Part shown: positions 23,981 to 41,711 of the stretch, one piece after another
How the letters are laid out: each line of letters begins with the position of its first letter
Numbering within the stretch: the stretch's first letter is position 1
NCBI RefSeq assembly: GCF_006345805.1
Contig: NC_042998.1
Span: 62,001 to 126,000, forward strand
Length of the DNA stretch: 64,000 nucleotides
Reading direction: 5' to 3'
Origin: Octopus sinensis
Taxonomy: Eukaryota
The notes under the pieces: model-generated
The model's database searches: none
What the model saw: only the letters and a program-made list of their open reading frames with translations
Told to the model about the DNA's origin: nothing
Made by a program: the position numbers and the translations under genes

Positions 23981-24691
23981 TTCTCTACCTCCTTTGGTAT
24001 TAATTTATGTTTACTTTTCTCAACCTTACTGTCTTCCTTTTCAAACTATTAAGTTGGTTAAATCCGGCAATACTCACCCTCTTCCAGTTTGATTGTTTAT
24101 TTTATATTTCATTTCCACCAGTTAAAAGCAACAATAAAAAGACAGATGTGTTACAATATTTCAGCAGCTCGTCTCCGTTCTTTTTTCTCCCTCGATATCA
24201 ATATCTGACTGCAACTCTTTTTCACGTCCCCAGACGATTGTCTGAATCCGCCCAGATTTGTGGTAAGCCATGGGTATGGATTGATGGTAAATCTAACACA
24301 TGCAATGGACAAAAAACAAATTTTTTTTTTAAATGTTTATACTCGTTATGCAACTAAAACATGAAATGGATTCTCTTTTGGTTTCTACAACAAGTAATTC
24401 AGTTTTTCGAGTAACGAAATTACCCATTTATTGAATGGCTAAGTATCCCATCGGTATCTGTATTTTTAATTGAATTCAAGGGCAGAATCAGTCTGAAAGA
24501 ATATGCGACAAGGCTGGCACTTTGAATTACAAGTAGAGTTCATCCGATAAGATGCCAAAGTCTCCAACTTCTCAGTTTCAATCACACGGCTTCACTCGTA
24601 AATCATACGCACACGCAAACACACACTCGCACATGCACGCATATACATTCACACAAACATACATATACACACACAGTGTATGTATGTATAA

Positions 24692-24950
<259 letters not shown>

Positions 24951-24956
24951 GTGTAT

Positions 24957-24996
<40 letters not shown>

Positions 24997-25020
24997 ATGC
25001 TCTTAGCTTAGACTTGGGTG

Positions 25021-25212
25021 GGGGGGAAACCAGATCGAACCATCATAAGTTTAATTGCCCGAAATAGTCGTGACTTCTGGAACTTGACTGAGGAAAGAAA
25101 GCCACCAATGACCGTCTTTTTTTTTGCCAATCCTTCTTATTGTTTCTCTTGTCCGACTTTGTATCGTCTATATGTACGAATGTTTTAATGTCCTGTATTG
25201 CGTTTTTGTTCC

Positions 25213-25215
<3 letters not shown>
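25021..25215 (+). repeat. Unclassified ~190-bp dispersed repeat (second copy 28808-28995)
   Basis: Shared 'aaccagatcgaac', 'acttctggaacttgactgaggaaagaaa' and 'gaatgttttaatgtcct'. Both copies end in dinucleotide repeats. Confidence 0.7.
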
Positions 25216-25279
<64 letters not shown>

Positions 25280-25287
<8 letters not shown>

Positions 25288-26258
25288 ATGTTACATTACT
25301 CGGTAGTCAAGATAAAACTCTGAGTTTCAGATGCCGAAGTGGAAATCCACAACACCGTCTCTTTGGTTATCTGGCTATTTGAAAACGTTATGAAAAAATA
25401 CCGTTAAAAATGAAGGGAAATTACTCTGTTATAACTCTGCTTTGCCTGCCTACTTATACATCGCTCGCATTTTTCGTCATAAAAATTATATAAAAATACA
25501 TAAAAATATATAAAAATATATAAAATCTTTTTGGGGCATAACACAGAAAGCATGTTCTATCCGTTTTCTTTAGGGGACCAAAAACGTAACAGAAATTTAG
25601 TCACATGTGGGCATGATCCGAAAAGCTCTGTCCTTGTATTTAGACATGTGGTAGGGTCTAAGCTGCTTTTCCAGATAAGCCATCTCTCCATGTCGCATAA
25701 ACCGCACCTTCCGCTGCCGTTAGTATAGGGCTTACATCTGGCCAAAATCTTCCATTGTATGTTATAATCGACACCTTTATCTCTTAAAGACCAAATATGA
25801 TTGGATAATTGTGTCGCTTTTCTTTTGTTCCAGTGCCTAAAGCTCAAAGTGTGGTTATTGAACCTGGCCTTGAAATTACCCTCTGTCAGGCCCACGTATT
25901 TCTTCGTCGAAACGGTGTCTTTAGTGGTTATAGAGTTTACGGTAGCTTCATATATGATGGTCTTGGACATGCAAGCTCCATTTAGCGGGCACAATTCTTT
26001 ATTCCTGCATGAACAGCTGTTTTCTTCTTGTGTTTTTTGTATGTTATGATTGATTATGTTTTTAAAATTGGTAGTTGAACTAAAACTAATTTTTAAATTG
26101 TGTCTATTGAAGAGTTTCCTATAAGCATGGTTAACTGGAAAATGTCTATCTATCAGTGCTAGGAAATATTTACCTATATTGAAGGCCACCTCGGGTGAGT
26201 AAGGGGGCGTAAACCAGATGACCTTCCTATTTCTATTATTCCTTTTCCTTATTGTTGG
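25280..26258 (-). mobile_element. Inverted pseudo-LTR of Penelope-like element (GIY-YIG region + 3' UTR)
   Basis: 979-bp reverse complement of 27214-28192. The 210-aa ORF 25557-26189 is identical to 27283-27915. Confidence 0.9.
25310..25372 (-). ncRNA. Hammerhead-like fold in inverted pLTR, core degenerate (CCAAAGA)
   Basis: Reverse complement of 28100-28162 with a G5A change in the core. Confidence 0.4.
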
Positions 26259-28258
26259 AAAACTTAAACTTAAATTAGATAAAAAAAATAGAAACCCTCC
26301 CCCAAAAAGAGGCCTTTATTACTATTAAAGACCACAAAGAAAACTTCCTTTCCAACCCTAAATGTAGGCTTATCAACCCAGCCAAGTCAGAACTAGGGAT
26401 TATTAGCAAAGAAATTTTAGATAAAATAAATACGAAAATTAAGACCGATACTAGGCTAGTGCAATGGTCCAATAGTATAGAAGTCGTAGACTGGTTTAAA
26501 GCTATTAAGAATAAGAAAAAAGCGAGGTTTACACAATTCGATATTGTTGATTTTTATGCCTCTATCTCTAAAGAACTGCTAGATAAAGCCCTAATCTTCG
26601 CTAGTGACTTCATAGAAATTAGTACCAATGATAAGGATATAATCTTCCATGCTAGAAAGACATTACTTTTCAGTGAGAATGCAAAGTGGGTAAAAAACAC
26701 CGACACGGAGGGCGCTTTCGATGTGAGCATGGGTTCATATGATGGGGCAGGCATCTGTGATCTAATTGGACTCTTTCTCCTAGATACCTTCGGTAAGACA
26801 TTCCCTAACGTACATTTCGCCATCTACAAAGATGATGCCCTCGCCTTAACAGCTAATACAAATGGACCAGCACAAGATCGTTTTAGGAAGGATATTATCC
26901 AGTTAATGAAACACTTCGGACTTAGTATAACTATAGACACTAACCTGACGGTTGTCAATTTCTTAGACGTTTCCTTAGATCTTAATAATAATATTTATAA
27001 GCCTTATAGGAAGCCAATGATAGACTAAGTTATATTAATGTAGGTTCATGCCATCCCCCTATAGTATTCAAAAATTTAGTTAAAAATATTAGTAAGAGGA
27101 TTTCTAGCCTCTCATCTAATGAGGACACCTTCAATAGCGTTGCCCCAGTTTATAATAAAGCTTTAAAAGATAGTGGTTTTAGCGAAAAAATAAAATATAC
27201 ACCTATCACCAGCCCAACAATAAGGAAAAGGAATAATAGAAATAGGAAGGTCATCTGGTTTACGCCCCCTTACTCACCCGAGGTGGCCTTCAATATAGGT
27301 AAATATTTCCTAGCACTGATAGATAGACATTTTCCAGTTAACCATGCTTATAGGAAACTCTTCAATAGACACAATTTAAAAATTAGTTTTAGTTCAACTA
27401 CCAATTTTAAAAACATAATCAATCATAACATACAAAAAACACAAGAAGAAAACAGCTGTTCATGCAGGAATAAAGAATTGTGCCCGCTAAATGGAGCTTG
27501 CATGTCCAAGACCATCATATATGAAGCTACCGTAAACTCTATAACCACTAAAGACACCGTTTCGACGAAGAAATACGTGGGCCTGACAGAGGGTAATTTC
27601 AAGGCCAGGTTCAATAACCACACTTTGAGCTTTAGGCACTGGAACAAAAGAAAAGCGACACAATTATCCAATCATATTTGGTCTTTAAGAGATAAAGGTG
27701 TCGATTATAACATACAATGGAAGATTTTGGCCAGATGTAAGCCCTATACTAACGGCAGCGGAAGGTGCGGTTTATGCGACATGGAGAGATGGCTTATCTG
27801 GAAAAGCAGCTTAGACCCTACCACATGTCTAAATACAAGGACAGAGCTTTTCGGATCATGCCCACATGTGACTAAATTTCTGTTACGTTTTTGGTCCCCT
27901 AAAGAAAACGGATAGAACATGCTTTCTGTGTTATGTCCCAAGAAGATTTTATATATTTTTATATATTTTTATGTATTTTTATATAATTTTTATGACGAAA
28001 AATGCGAGCGATGTATAAGTAGGCAGGCAAAGCAGAGTTATAACAGAGTAATTTCCCTTCATTTTTAACGGTATTTTTTCATAACGTTTTCAAATAGCCA
28101 GATAACCGAAGAGATGGTGTTGTGGATTTCCACTTCGGCATCTGAAACTCAGAGTTTTATCTTGACTACCGAGTAATGTAACATATTGTATAGATAAATT
28201 TCCTCTATTTACTTAATATTGAGGTCTCTTTCTTTCTTTTGTTATCTTACCGTTTTAT

Positions 28259-28260
<2 letters not shown>
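26259..28260 (+). mobile_element. Penelope-like retroelement, 5'-truncated (RT + GIY-YIG endonuclease)
   Basis: RT 'AFITIKDHKENF..KCRLINPAKSELG', 'QFDIVDFY', 'SMGSYDGA', 'YKDD' and 'FLDV'. One-base frameshift at ~27016 (KPMID* vs KPNDRLSYIN). EN 'CPLNGAC..IIYEA...YVGLT..FKARF..H'. Flanked by (TA)n. Confidence 0.9.
28100..28162 (+). ncRNA. Variant type I hammerhead fold in PLE 3' region
   Basis: Stem I AGATAA/TTATCT; core CCGAAGA; stem II GATG/CATC plus an extra T; GAAAC; near-palindromic stem III ACTCAGAGT; GTT cleavage triplet. Confidence 0.55.
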
Positions 28261-28317
<57 letters not shown>

Positions 28318-29008
28318 ATATATATAAATGGAGCAAAAACGCATATATAGCGGCGTGCGTACACCCATGTGCTCACCTTATAGTAGGTATGCATCTAAAT
28401 TTTGTACGACTCTTACTCCATCTTTTATTCTCCCTCTCATTTTTCTTCCTTTTTCTCGCCCCCCTCTCTCACATTTCTTGGCCCTCTCTTTCTTTAACTT
28501 CCACTATTTCTCATTCGTTTATCTCCCCTGTACCTTTCTCTTTGTCTCTGATTTTTTCCCGATCCTTCAATCCCGCTGATCCCTATCCATCTCTGCTTCT
28601 TTCACGTGACTGGTGTCCGACCAGGCATGATCTTTCTTGGCCTGACAATTTGATTCATTCTCAGTCGCAAGACACCTGTAGTTATTTCTTGTTGTTTGTA
28701 TTCGTAATTGTGTACCATGATCTCCGGTTTTTGTTTGTTGTTTTTTTGTCTTTGTTGCCGTAAGCATTCGCTAGCTTTCTTACAAAGGTGTTTTAACTTA
28801 GAAATTTTTGGGGGCAACCAGATCGAACAATCTCAAGTGTAACTGCTCGAAATGGCCGTCACTTCTGGAACTTGACTGAGGAAAGAAAACCACGAATGAC
28901 ACGTCTTTTTTTTGGCCTGTCCTAATTGTTGTTTCTCTTGTTCGCCTTTGTATCGTCTATCTGTCCGAATGTTTTAATGTCCTCTATTGCGTTTTTTTCT
29001 CTCTCTCT

Positions 29009-29068
<60 letters not shown>

Positions 29069-30679
29069 CTATATATATATATATATATATAATATATATA
29101 TATGCATACATATCTATGTGTGCGTGAGTTTGTGTCTGTGTTTGTCCCCACCATCGCTTGATAACTAGTGTGTGTATGCATGTATGTATGTATGTATGAA
29201 TGTATGTATGTATGTATGTATGTATGTATGTATGTATGTATGTATGTATGTATGTATGTATGTATGTATGAGTTAACTAGTGTATCTGAGTGCAGGGACG
29301 CAGAAATACCCTTGGTTGGTGTCAGGGTACGCAATAAAACTACCGGGTATGAGATACCGCTGGCCGTTGCCACCTTATCCTTCTAGGAGAGGGAGAGTGA
29401 TGTAAAACCTGCAGTTTCACATTATCACTAGTTGTCTCGCTTCCGCCTGTCACCAGTTACTAATCAAGGAAACACAGAGGGTAGTACTCGTTTAGTACAA
29501 GCGTTTATTACTATAATCCAATGACCATCAGATATCTCTTTATGATAACCTTATTCATTATTCCATCTGCTGAAAGTTCTATGGTAACGGGAAAGTAGCG
29601 ACATGCGCTGACCTAACCATTTGCAAGCATACATCAAATTACAGCTTTTGTCTGTCAGCTATTCTCCAAGATCTATATTTTGTTAATCACTAGATATTAC
29701 ATCCAGTAAATTTCGCCTCAAAATGGTTCTTCAGATGATATCACTTAAGGTCTATTAGTCTGTTTTCATATATTCATTATTGAAAAAAACATGTGAAAAA
29801 GAAAGCAAGGAAACAATGATTTGGTTGTGATTCAATTTACAAGTTAGATGTTTTCATTGATAGCTATATTTGTGACTTTCGTTGTGTATGTGTATTCGTT
29901 TAAACGGTTTAATGTTATTTTTAGTATATGTATGATATGTTTTTAGTATATGTATAATTCACTTTCCAGATGTATGTATGTATGTATGTGCGTGTGTGCG
30001 CGTGTATATGTGCCTGTTTGAAACGACATGGTAACGGTTTAAGTGAGAATCTGCTAAAACAAAATGAAAAAGGAGAAAAAATAGTTTTTGTGGGTTTGGG
30101 GAAACAGTCTATTTTAAGGGAAAGAAATAATCCAATTTATCGAATGGCTGTATATTCATTCATTTGTGAAAAGGTTTGGGGGAATTTTCTATACGGGAGG
30201 TCACTGTGACATTATTACTAATCAAGGTGCAAAATAATTGAAGAAAAGGGGGAACAATGCGTTTTGTTCGGATTTCGACATGCTGTTCTAGTTCTAACTG
30301 TTTAACATTCAAATTGGCCATATCTAGCTCAAATATGTTTTATGTTCAAGCCAGCCAGATCCGGCCTCTCACACCTACCCTACAATGTCATTCTAAAACT
30401 AACAATAATAGAAAAATTTCGAAATTATGAGACAATGCATAATTACTTTAAAACGATGAGAATAAATGTTACATTTGACAGAATAGTAGTAATGGCACTC
30501 CGTCGGTTACGACGACGAGGGTTCCAGTTGATCTGATCAACGGAACAGTCTACTCGTGAAATTAACGTGCAAGTGGCTGAGCACTCCACAAACACGTGTA
30601 CCCTTAACGTAGTTCTCGGGAAGATTCACACACACACACGACGGGTTTTCACACAGTTTTAGTCTACCAAATTGACTTT

Positions 30680-31130
30680 CGAGGTACTAGTCGTTTCAGG
30701 GATAAAGTAGAAGACATTTTCCCAAGAGGCTTCACATTGGGACTGAACCCGAAACCACAGAGGTGCAAAGCGAACAACTTAACCACATAGCTATGCCTGC
30801 ACCTAGGTTTGGAAGATAACTCGTGTATTTGGGTGTTTATTGAAGTTAAAATGTTAGATGAGGTAAGCTTTAGTGCAGGGATGGTACGATGTGTTAGACT
30901 ATAAAATGTTGTTATAAAAGATATTGGCAAGTAAGATATATATTAACGATTATACTGTGCTGGTGATTAACGGATGCAGGGTAGCTGAATGATTAGGAAG
31001 CTTACTTTGTAATTTCGGGATCTCGGGTTCGATCCTACTGCTTGGCATCTCGGTCTTTTATTAATACCTCAGATCGAACCAAGCCTTGTGAATGAAACTG
31101 GCAAACGGAAACTCCATGGAAGCCAGTCTG
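30680..31130. mobile_element. Two diverged family C SINE 5' halves (30680-30800 minus; 30965-31130 plus)
   Basis: 'gggactgaacccgaaacca' (reverse complement of the B-box region); 'gggttcgatcctactgc..ggcatc..ccaagccttgtga..aaacggaaact'. Confidence 0.6.
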
Positions 31131-31562
31131 ATGGATTAGGCCTGCAATCCAAAAGTAAGGCCTTGCCATACAATGTATCAGGTTGATCCTACCTCAGAAT
31201 TACAAAAAATACACGTCAGTGGAATGCTCAGCCATATGCCTGCCAATTCAATGAGCAGGTAGTTCAGTTGATTGATTGAACATCTGAATCTCATCGACAA
31301 AACCGACAGAGATTCACATCATCTTATTGGAAATTGTTACCGTGATATTAGGTTTAACTTAAATTCAAAAGGTCCTATAGAATAAGTGTACATTAAGTGA
31401 TCATTAACGGACAGGAATCTGTTATAAATAACAAAGTAAGAATATGAAGTGCAGTTGTATTAGTACAAAAATATGTCTATATGTGTGCTTATGTTTGTGT
31501 GTGTCAGTTTCTATAAAATTTGGGGAAACTTTATATGTATATATATATATATTATATATATA

Positions 31563-36777
<5,215 letters not shown>

Positions 36778-39700
36778 GACTACGGCTGCTATAATGGTAC
36801 GACTATAATTTTAACGGCAATGATGGCCGTGTCCCCACGAGCCAATCAAAGCTAAAAATTGATAACATTATCGTAGCACCAAGGGAAGAGCCAGCCTGGG
36901 ATCGAAAAGTCATAAACTGGCACAAACTCTTCTCCGAATACGGACATGGATGGTCACTTGAACGGGAAATCTCCCAACTCGAGCCCTCCAAGTTCACCAC
37001 CACAACCACCACAGAAAGAAAAATGTAAGCGGAACAAATAGACCCGAGAAGAGTAGAAAGAAGTAATATACGCTTATTACTATGCATTAGGTAGACCATC
37101 TCAAGAGAGACACACCGCAAACTCTTACAGTATATGGAGAACACGGAATCAAGACAGCAGGCCCTATTTAGACGAGAACAAATTAGCAAATGTGAGGAGG
37201 GATATCCTTAGAAATAACAGACTCACAGACAGTGAAATAAGCGCGATCAAGCACGCAACGGAAAATGACATAAATATAAGACACAAAGGAAATGAAGAAT
37301 CAGATGAACAGTATAGCCCGCCACGATGCTTAATTGAAAGACTGCCATCTGACCAAAGTACGCAAAGGCCTGAAGATACAAGAAATTCTATTGTACCTGT
37401 TAAAGATAGCCAGGAAAACGAAAAAACAAGAGTAACTGAAGATCTTGCATTTGCTGAAGAAAACAGAGAGTCTATGGCAGAAATGAGGCAGAAAATCCTG
37501 AATACGCTTGAAGTTGTAAGACATACAAGTATGAATGATAGAGAACCACTTCATAAACTCTCAAATACAAACCAAAATAAAAAACAAATCCAAATTGGCA
37601 ACTATGTAACAAATGAAATAATACGAGAATTAAAACCTGATTTTACTGAGTTAAATGAAATTATTTACGCTTCTGCTAGGGCAATTGAAACCAGCTGTAT
37701 GCCCCCGAAAAAACAAAGAAAACAAAACCTGGGAAGAAATCAAACCTGGAGAAGTAAAATTGAAAAAGAGATTGAATTTATGAGAGGGGAATATCAATAT
37801 TAAATGAACTAATATGTGGAAATGATGTAAGATCCAGAACAGGAAGAAAGATGAAGAGAAAATTTGGATCCTCACCAAGAGAAGAACTGATATCAATAAA
37901 AGAAACGCTGAAACAAAAAGTCCAAGCAAAAGCCCAAAGAATACGAAGATTTGAGATGAGAAACAAGTTTTACAAGCAAAATAAGCTGTTCACATCCAAT
38001 GCCAAAAAAGTATACAGAGAAATAGGGAAGGAGAAAGTAACCGTTAAAGACCCCCCTCCCATGGAAGAAGTTCAAAACTTTTGGAAAAGGATTTGGAGTG
38101 ACAAGAAGACGTACAACATAAATGCAGACTGGATTATACAAACTGAAGGATCCTACCAAAATTTACAACAACAAGCATGGGAAGACATCACAATAGAATG
38201 GTTAGCAAGAATAACGAAACCAACCTTCCAAAAAACTATCGGCCTATAACCTGTCTATCCACCACGTATAAAATCCTAACATCTATCCTGGCGGAGAAAA
38301 CATATGCATTCATGGAGAAGAACGATATTTTCCCAATTGAACAAAAAGGGTGCCGCCGAGGCTCATACGGATGCAAAGATCAACTGCTAATCAATCGTAT
38401 GATCCTTGAGAACTGTCACAACAAGCGCAGAAATCTCAGCACCGCATGGATTCACTATAAAAAGGCCTTCTACAGTATACCGCATCCATGGATCTTGAGA
38501 TCGCTGGACATCTTCAAAATTTCCCCTGTGATTTCAAACTTCCTGAAGCACAATATGTCGTTGTGGAATACGAATCTCCAATTATACCACTCTAATGGAG
38601 TACTTGCCTCAGAAAATATAAACATCAACTGTGGAATTTTTCAAGGTGACTCACTTTCACCTTTAATATTCTGCCTAGCCCTAATACCCTTTACAAGTGA
38701 ATTAAACAGAACAGGGTATGGGTATAAAATTGCCAATAAAAAAATAAGCCATCTATTTTATATGGATGACTTAAAACTCTATGGTAGAGACAATAATGAA
38801 CTTGAAGGCCTATTGCGCACTGTGAAAGCATTCAGCGATGACATCGAGATGGAGTTTGGGCTTGAGAAGTGTGCCAAGGCCACTTTCCAGAAAGGGAAAC
38901 TGAAGAACACAAATTCAGTCGTGTTAGATGTTGACACAGTCATAAGAGAGCTTGAGCAAGAACAAACATACAAATATTTAGGGATAAATGAAGGCTCTGG
39001 TATTCAGCATGCAAGCATGAAAGAGAAGATCAGGAAGGAATGTTATAGGAGAGTTCGTGCAGTCCTGAAATCTGAACTAAATGCACGTAACAAGGTGTTA
39101 GCTATAAATTCCTTAGCAGTTCCAGGTGTTACTTATAGCTACAATGTGTTCAACTGGAATATGAGTGAAGTAAAGAATATAGACAGGAAAATACGCAAGC
39201 TGCTGAGTTGTAATAGGATGCACCACCCAAAGGCAGACGTAGATCACCTTTACCTTCCCAGAGCCCAAGGAGGTCGAGGCCTGATCCAGTTTGAACTAGC
39301 TTACAAAACAACCACAATTGGACTGGCCAAATTTCTCGAAATATCGAATGACTGGATGCTAAAGCTCGTGGAAAATCACGAGAGACGAAAGAAGCTTCAT
39401 TCTATCATAAAGGAAAGAAAAAAATTTGCTATTGACCTCGTGCAGGATACCCAAACTGAACAACCCGAGGGAAGTACGGCAACTATTGTTGCAAAGAAGG
39501 TGAAAAAAATGGCAACGAAAAAAGCGCACGAGCAATTGACTGATAGGTGGGAGGAGAAACCTCTGCACGGCAAATACGTGACCCGCAGCAAAGAAGCTGA
39601 TGTTGACCAGAAGCAAACCCATCAGTGGCTACGGAGCTCAGAGCTAAAAGCAGAGAGCGAAGGTTTCATCCTGGCTGCTCAAGATCAAAGCCTATTAACC

Positions 39701-40467
39701 CGGAACTACCAGGCCAACGTGATGAAAAATGGAGCAGACCCAAAATGCCGATTCTGCAACGACATGATTGAAACAGTGGACCATCTAATCTCTGGAAGTA
39801 AAGTCTTAGCACCAGTGGAGTATAAATTAAGACATGACAGAGTTGGCCAATATCTCCACTGGCTAATAAGTCGGCATTACAATATCAAAACTGCCGACAA
39901 GTGGTATAATCACCACCCTGAGGCTGTAACTGAAGGAGAAAATGTAACGATTCTGTGGGACTTTCCAGTACATACAGACCGAACCATCAAGGCCAATAAA
40001 CCAGATATTGTTGTGAAAGACCAAAACAATAAAGTTTGCTTATTGATCGACATGAACATCCCCTATGATCATATCTCAGCGAAAGAGTTTGAAAAGCTCA
40101 GAAAACATAAAGACCTACTCATTGAAATTGAGAAAATGTGGCATCTCAAGGCAGTTACAACACCAGTGATCGTAGGAGCACTAGGAATGATCAAGAAGGG
40201 AACCGAAAATTATATGAGAATGAACCCTGGCTTACCATCCCTGCAAGAAGTGCAAAAGATTGTCTTAACTGGTACATCACACGTATTGAGAAGAGCATTG
40301 TCGATGTGAGAACTGTTGCTGCTCATGTATTTTAATTTAACTTAAAAAAAAAATGAACGAACTATTGAGTTTGGTTTAATGGCCTACTAATGTAAACTAT
40401 GAGTTTCTTCGTATACTATGAGTCGGGAAGACACTCGGCAAGAAATGGAAGCAAATTTGAAAGAAGA
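36778..40467 (+). mobile_element. R4/Dong-clade RLE retrotransposon family A, copy A2 (defective)
   Basis: Near-identical to A1 over the ORF. The 710-aa ORF 38177-40309 has RT, a knuckle (CRFC..DHLISGS, last Cys lost) and RLE (PDIVV..LIDMNIP). RT motif reads WIHYKKAFYS. 82-bp 5' deletion, stops at 37038 and 37053, frameshift near 37790. Confidence 0.9.
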
Positions 40468-40491
40468 AAAAAAAATAATGATAATGATAAC

Positions 40492-40556
<65 letters not shown>

Positions 40557-40826
40557 TAATAATAATAATAATAATAGTAGTGGTAGTAGTACTAGTAGTA
40601 GTAGTAGTAGTAGTAATAGTAATAGTAACATTAATAGTAATAATAATAAAAAAAGTAATAATAATAAAAACAATAATAATAATAATAGTAGTAGTTTTAT
40701 TAGTAGTAGTGTTTGTAGTAGTAGTAGTAGTAATAGTAATAGTAGTAGTAATAATAATAATAATATCAATAATAATAACATACATATTAATAATAAAAGT
40801 AATAGTAGTAGTAATAATAATAATAA

Positions 40827-40862
<36 letters not shown>

Positions 40863-41711
40863 AAGTTGTAGTAGTAGTATTTGGAGTAGTAGAAGTATTA
40901 GTAGTAGTAGAAATATTAGTATTAGTAGCAATAGGAATATTAGCAGCAATAGGAATATTAAAAATAATAATAATAATATCAATAACGATAATAATAATGA
41001 TAACATTAAAGATGTTTATAATGATAATGATAATGATAATAATAGTAATAATAATAATAATAATAATATTAGTAGTAGTAGTAGTAATTGTAATAGTAGT
41101 AGTAAAGTAATAATAATAGTAATAGTAATAAAAATAATTATAATGATAATATTAATAATAATCATAGTAGTAGTAGTAGTAATAGTAAAAGTAATATTAT
41201 TAATAATATCAATAATAATAACATACATATTAATAATAAAAGTAATATAATTATTAATAATGATAATAATAATACTACTAATAATAAAAGTAATAGTAGT
41301 AGTAGTAGTAGTATTAGTACAACTATTACTATTAATATTATTATTATTATTATTATTATTATTACTTTTACTATCACTATAACTACTAATATTACTATTT
41401 ATACTATGACAACAACTACTACAACTAGTACTTCTATTATTATTATTATTATAATAATTATTACTATTACTATTACTATTATAAGTATTTCTATTACTAC
41501 TACTACTACTACTACTATTATACCTACTACTACTACTACTATTACTATTATTATTATTATTATTATTATTATTACTACTACTATTACTGCTACTGCAATT
41601 ACTACTACTACTACTACTACTACTATTACTACTACTACTATTACTACAACTGCTACTACTACTACTACTACAACTAATATTATTATTATTAATATTATTA
41701 TTATTATTCAG
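40468..41711. repeat. Triplet satellite, segment 2 (polarity flips at ~41320)
   Basis: TAA/TAG-type up to ~41318 and TTA/CTA-type thereafter. Confidence 0.95.

Noticed and set aside
28330-28800. LINE coding remnant upstream of the second ~190-bp repeat
   Set aside because: Translations in all frames gave no motif I could assign; a profile search would be needed.
25021-28995. The ~190-bp repeats as LTRs or target-site duplication of the PLE
   Set aside because: They are clearly diverged from each other while the PLE arms are nearly identical, they are separated from the PLE by microsatellites and ~480 bp of other sequence, and they lack TG..CA ends.
38177-40309. 710-aa RT-RLE ORF as an active retrotransposase
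   Set aside because: The RT motif reads WIHYKKAFYS (both Asp lost relative to copy A1), the knuckle lacks its last Cys, and upstream sequence has stops, a frameshift and a probable deletion.
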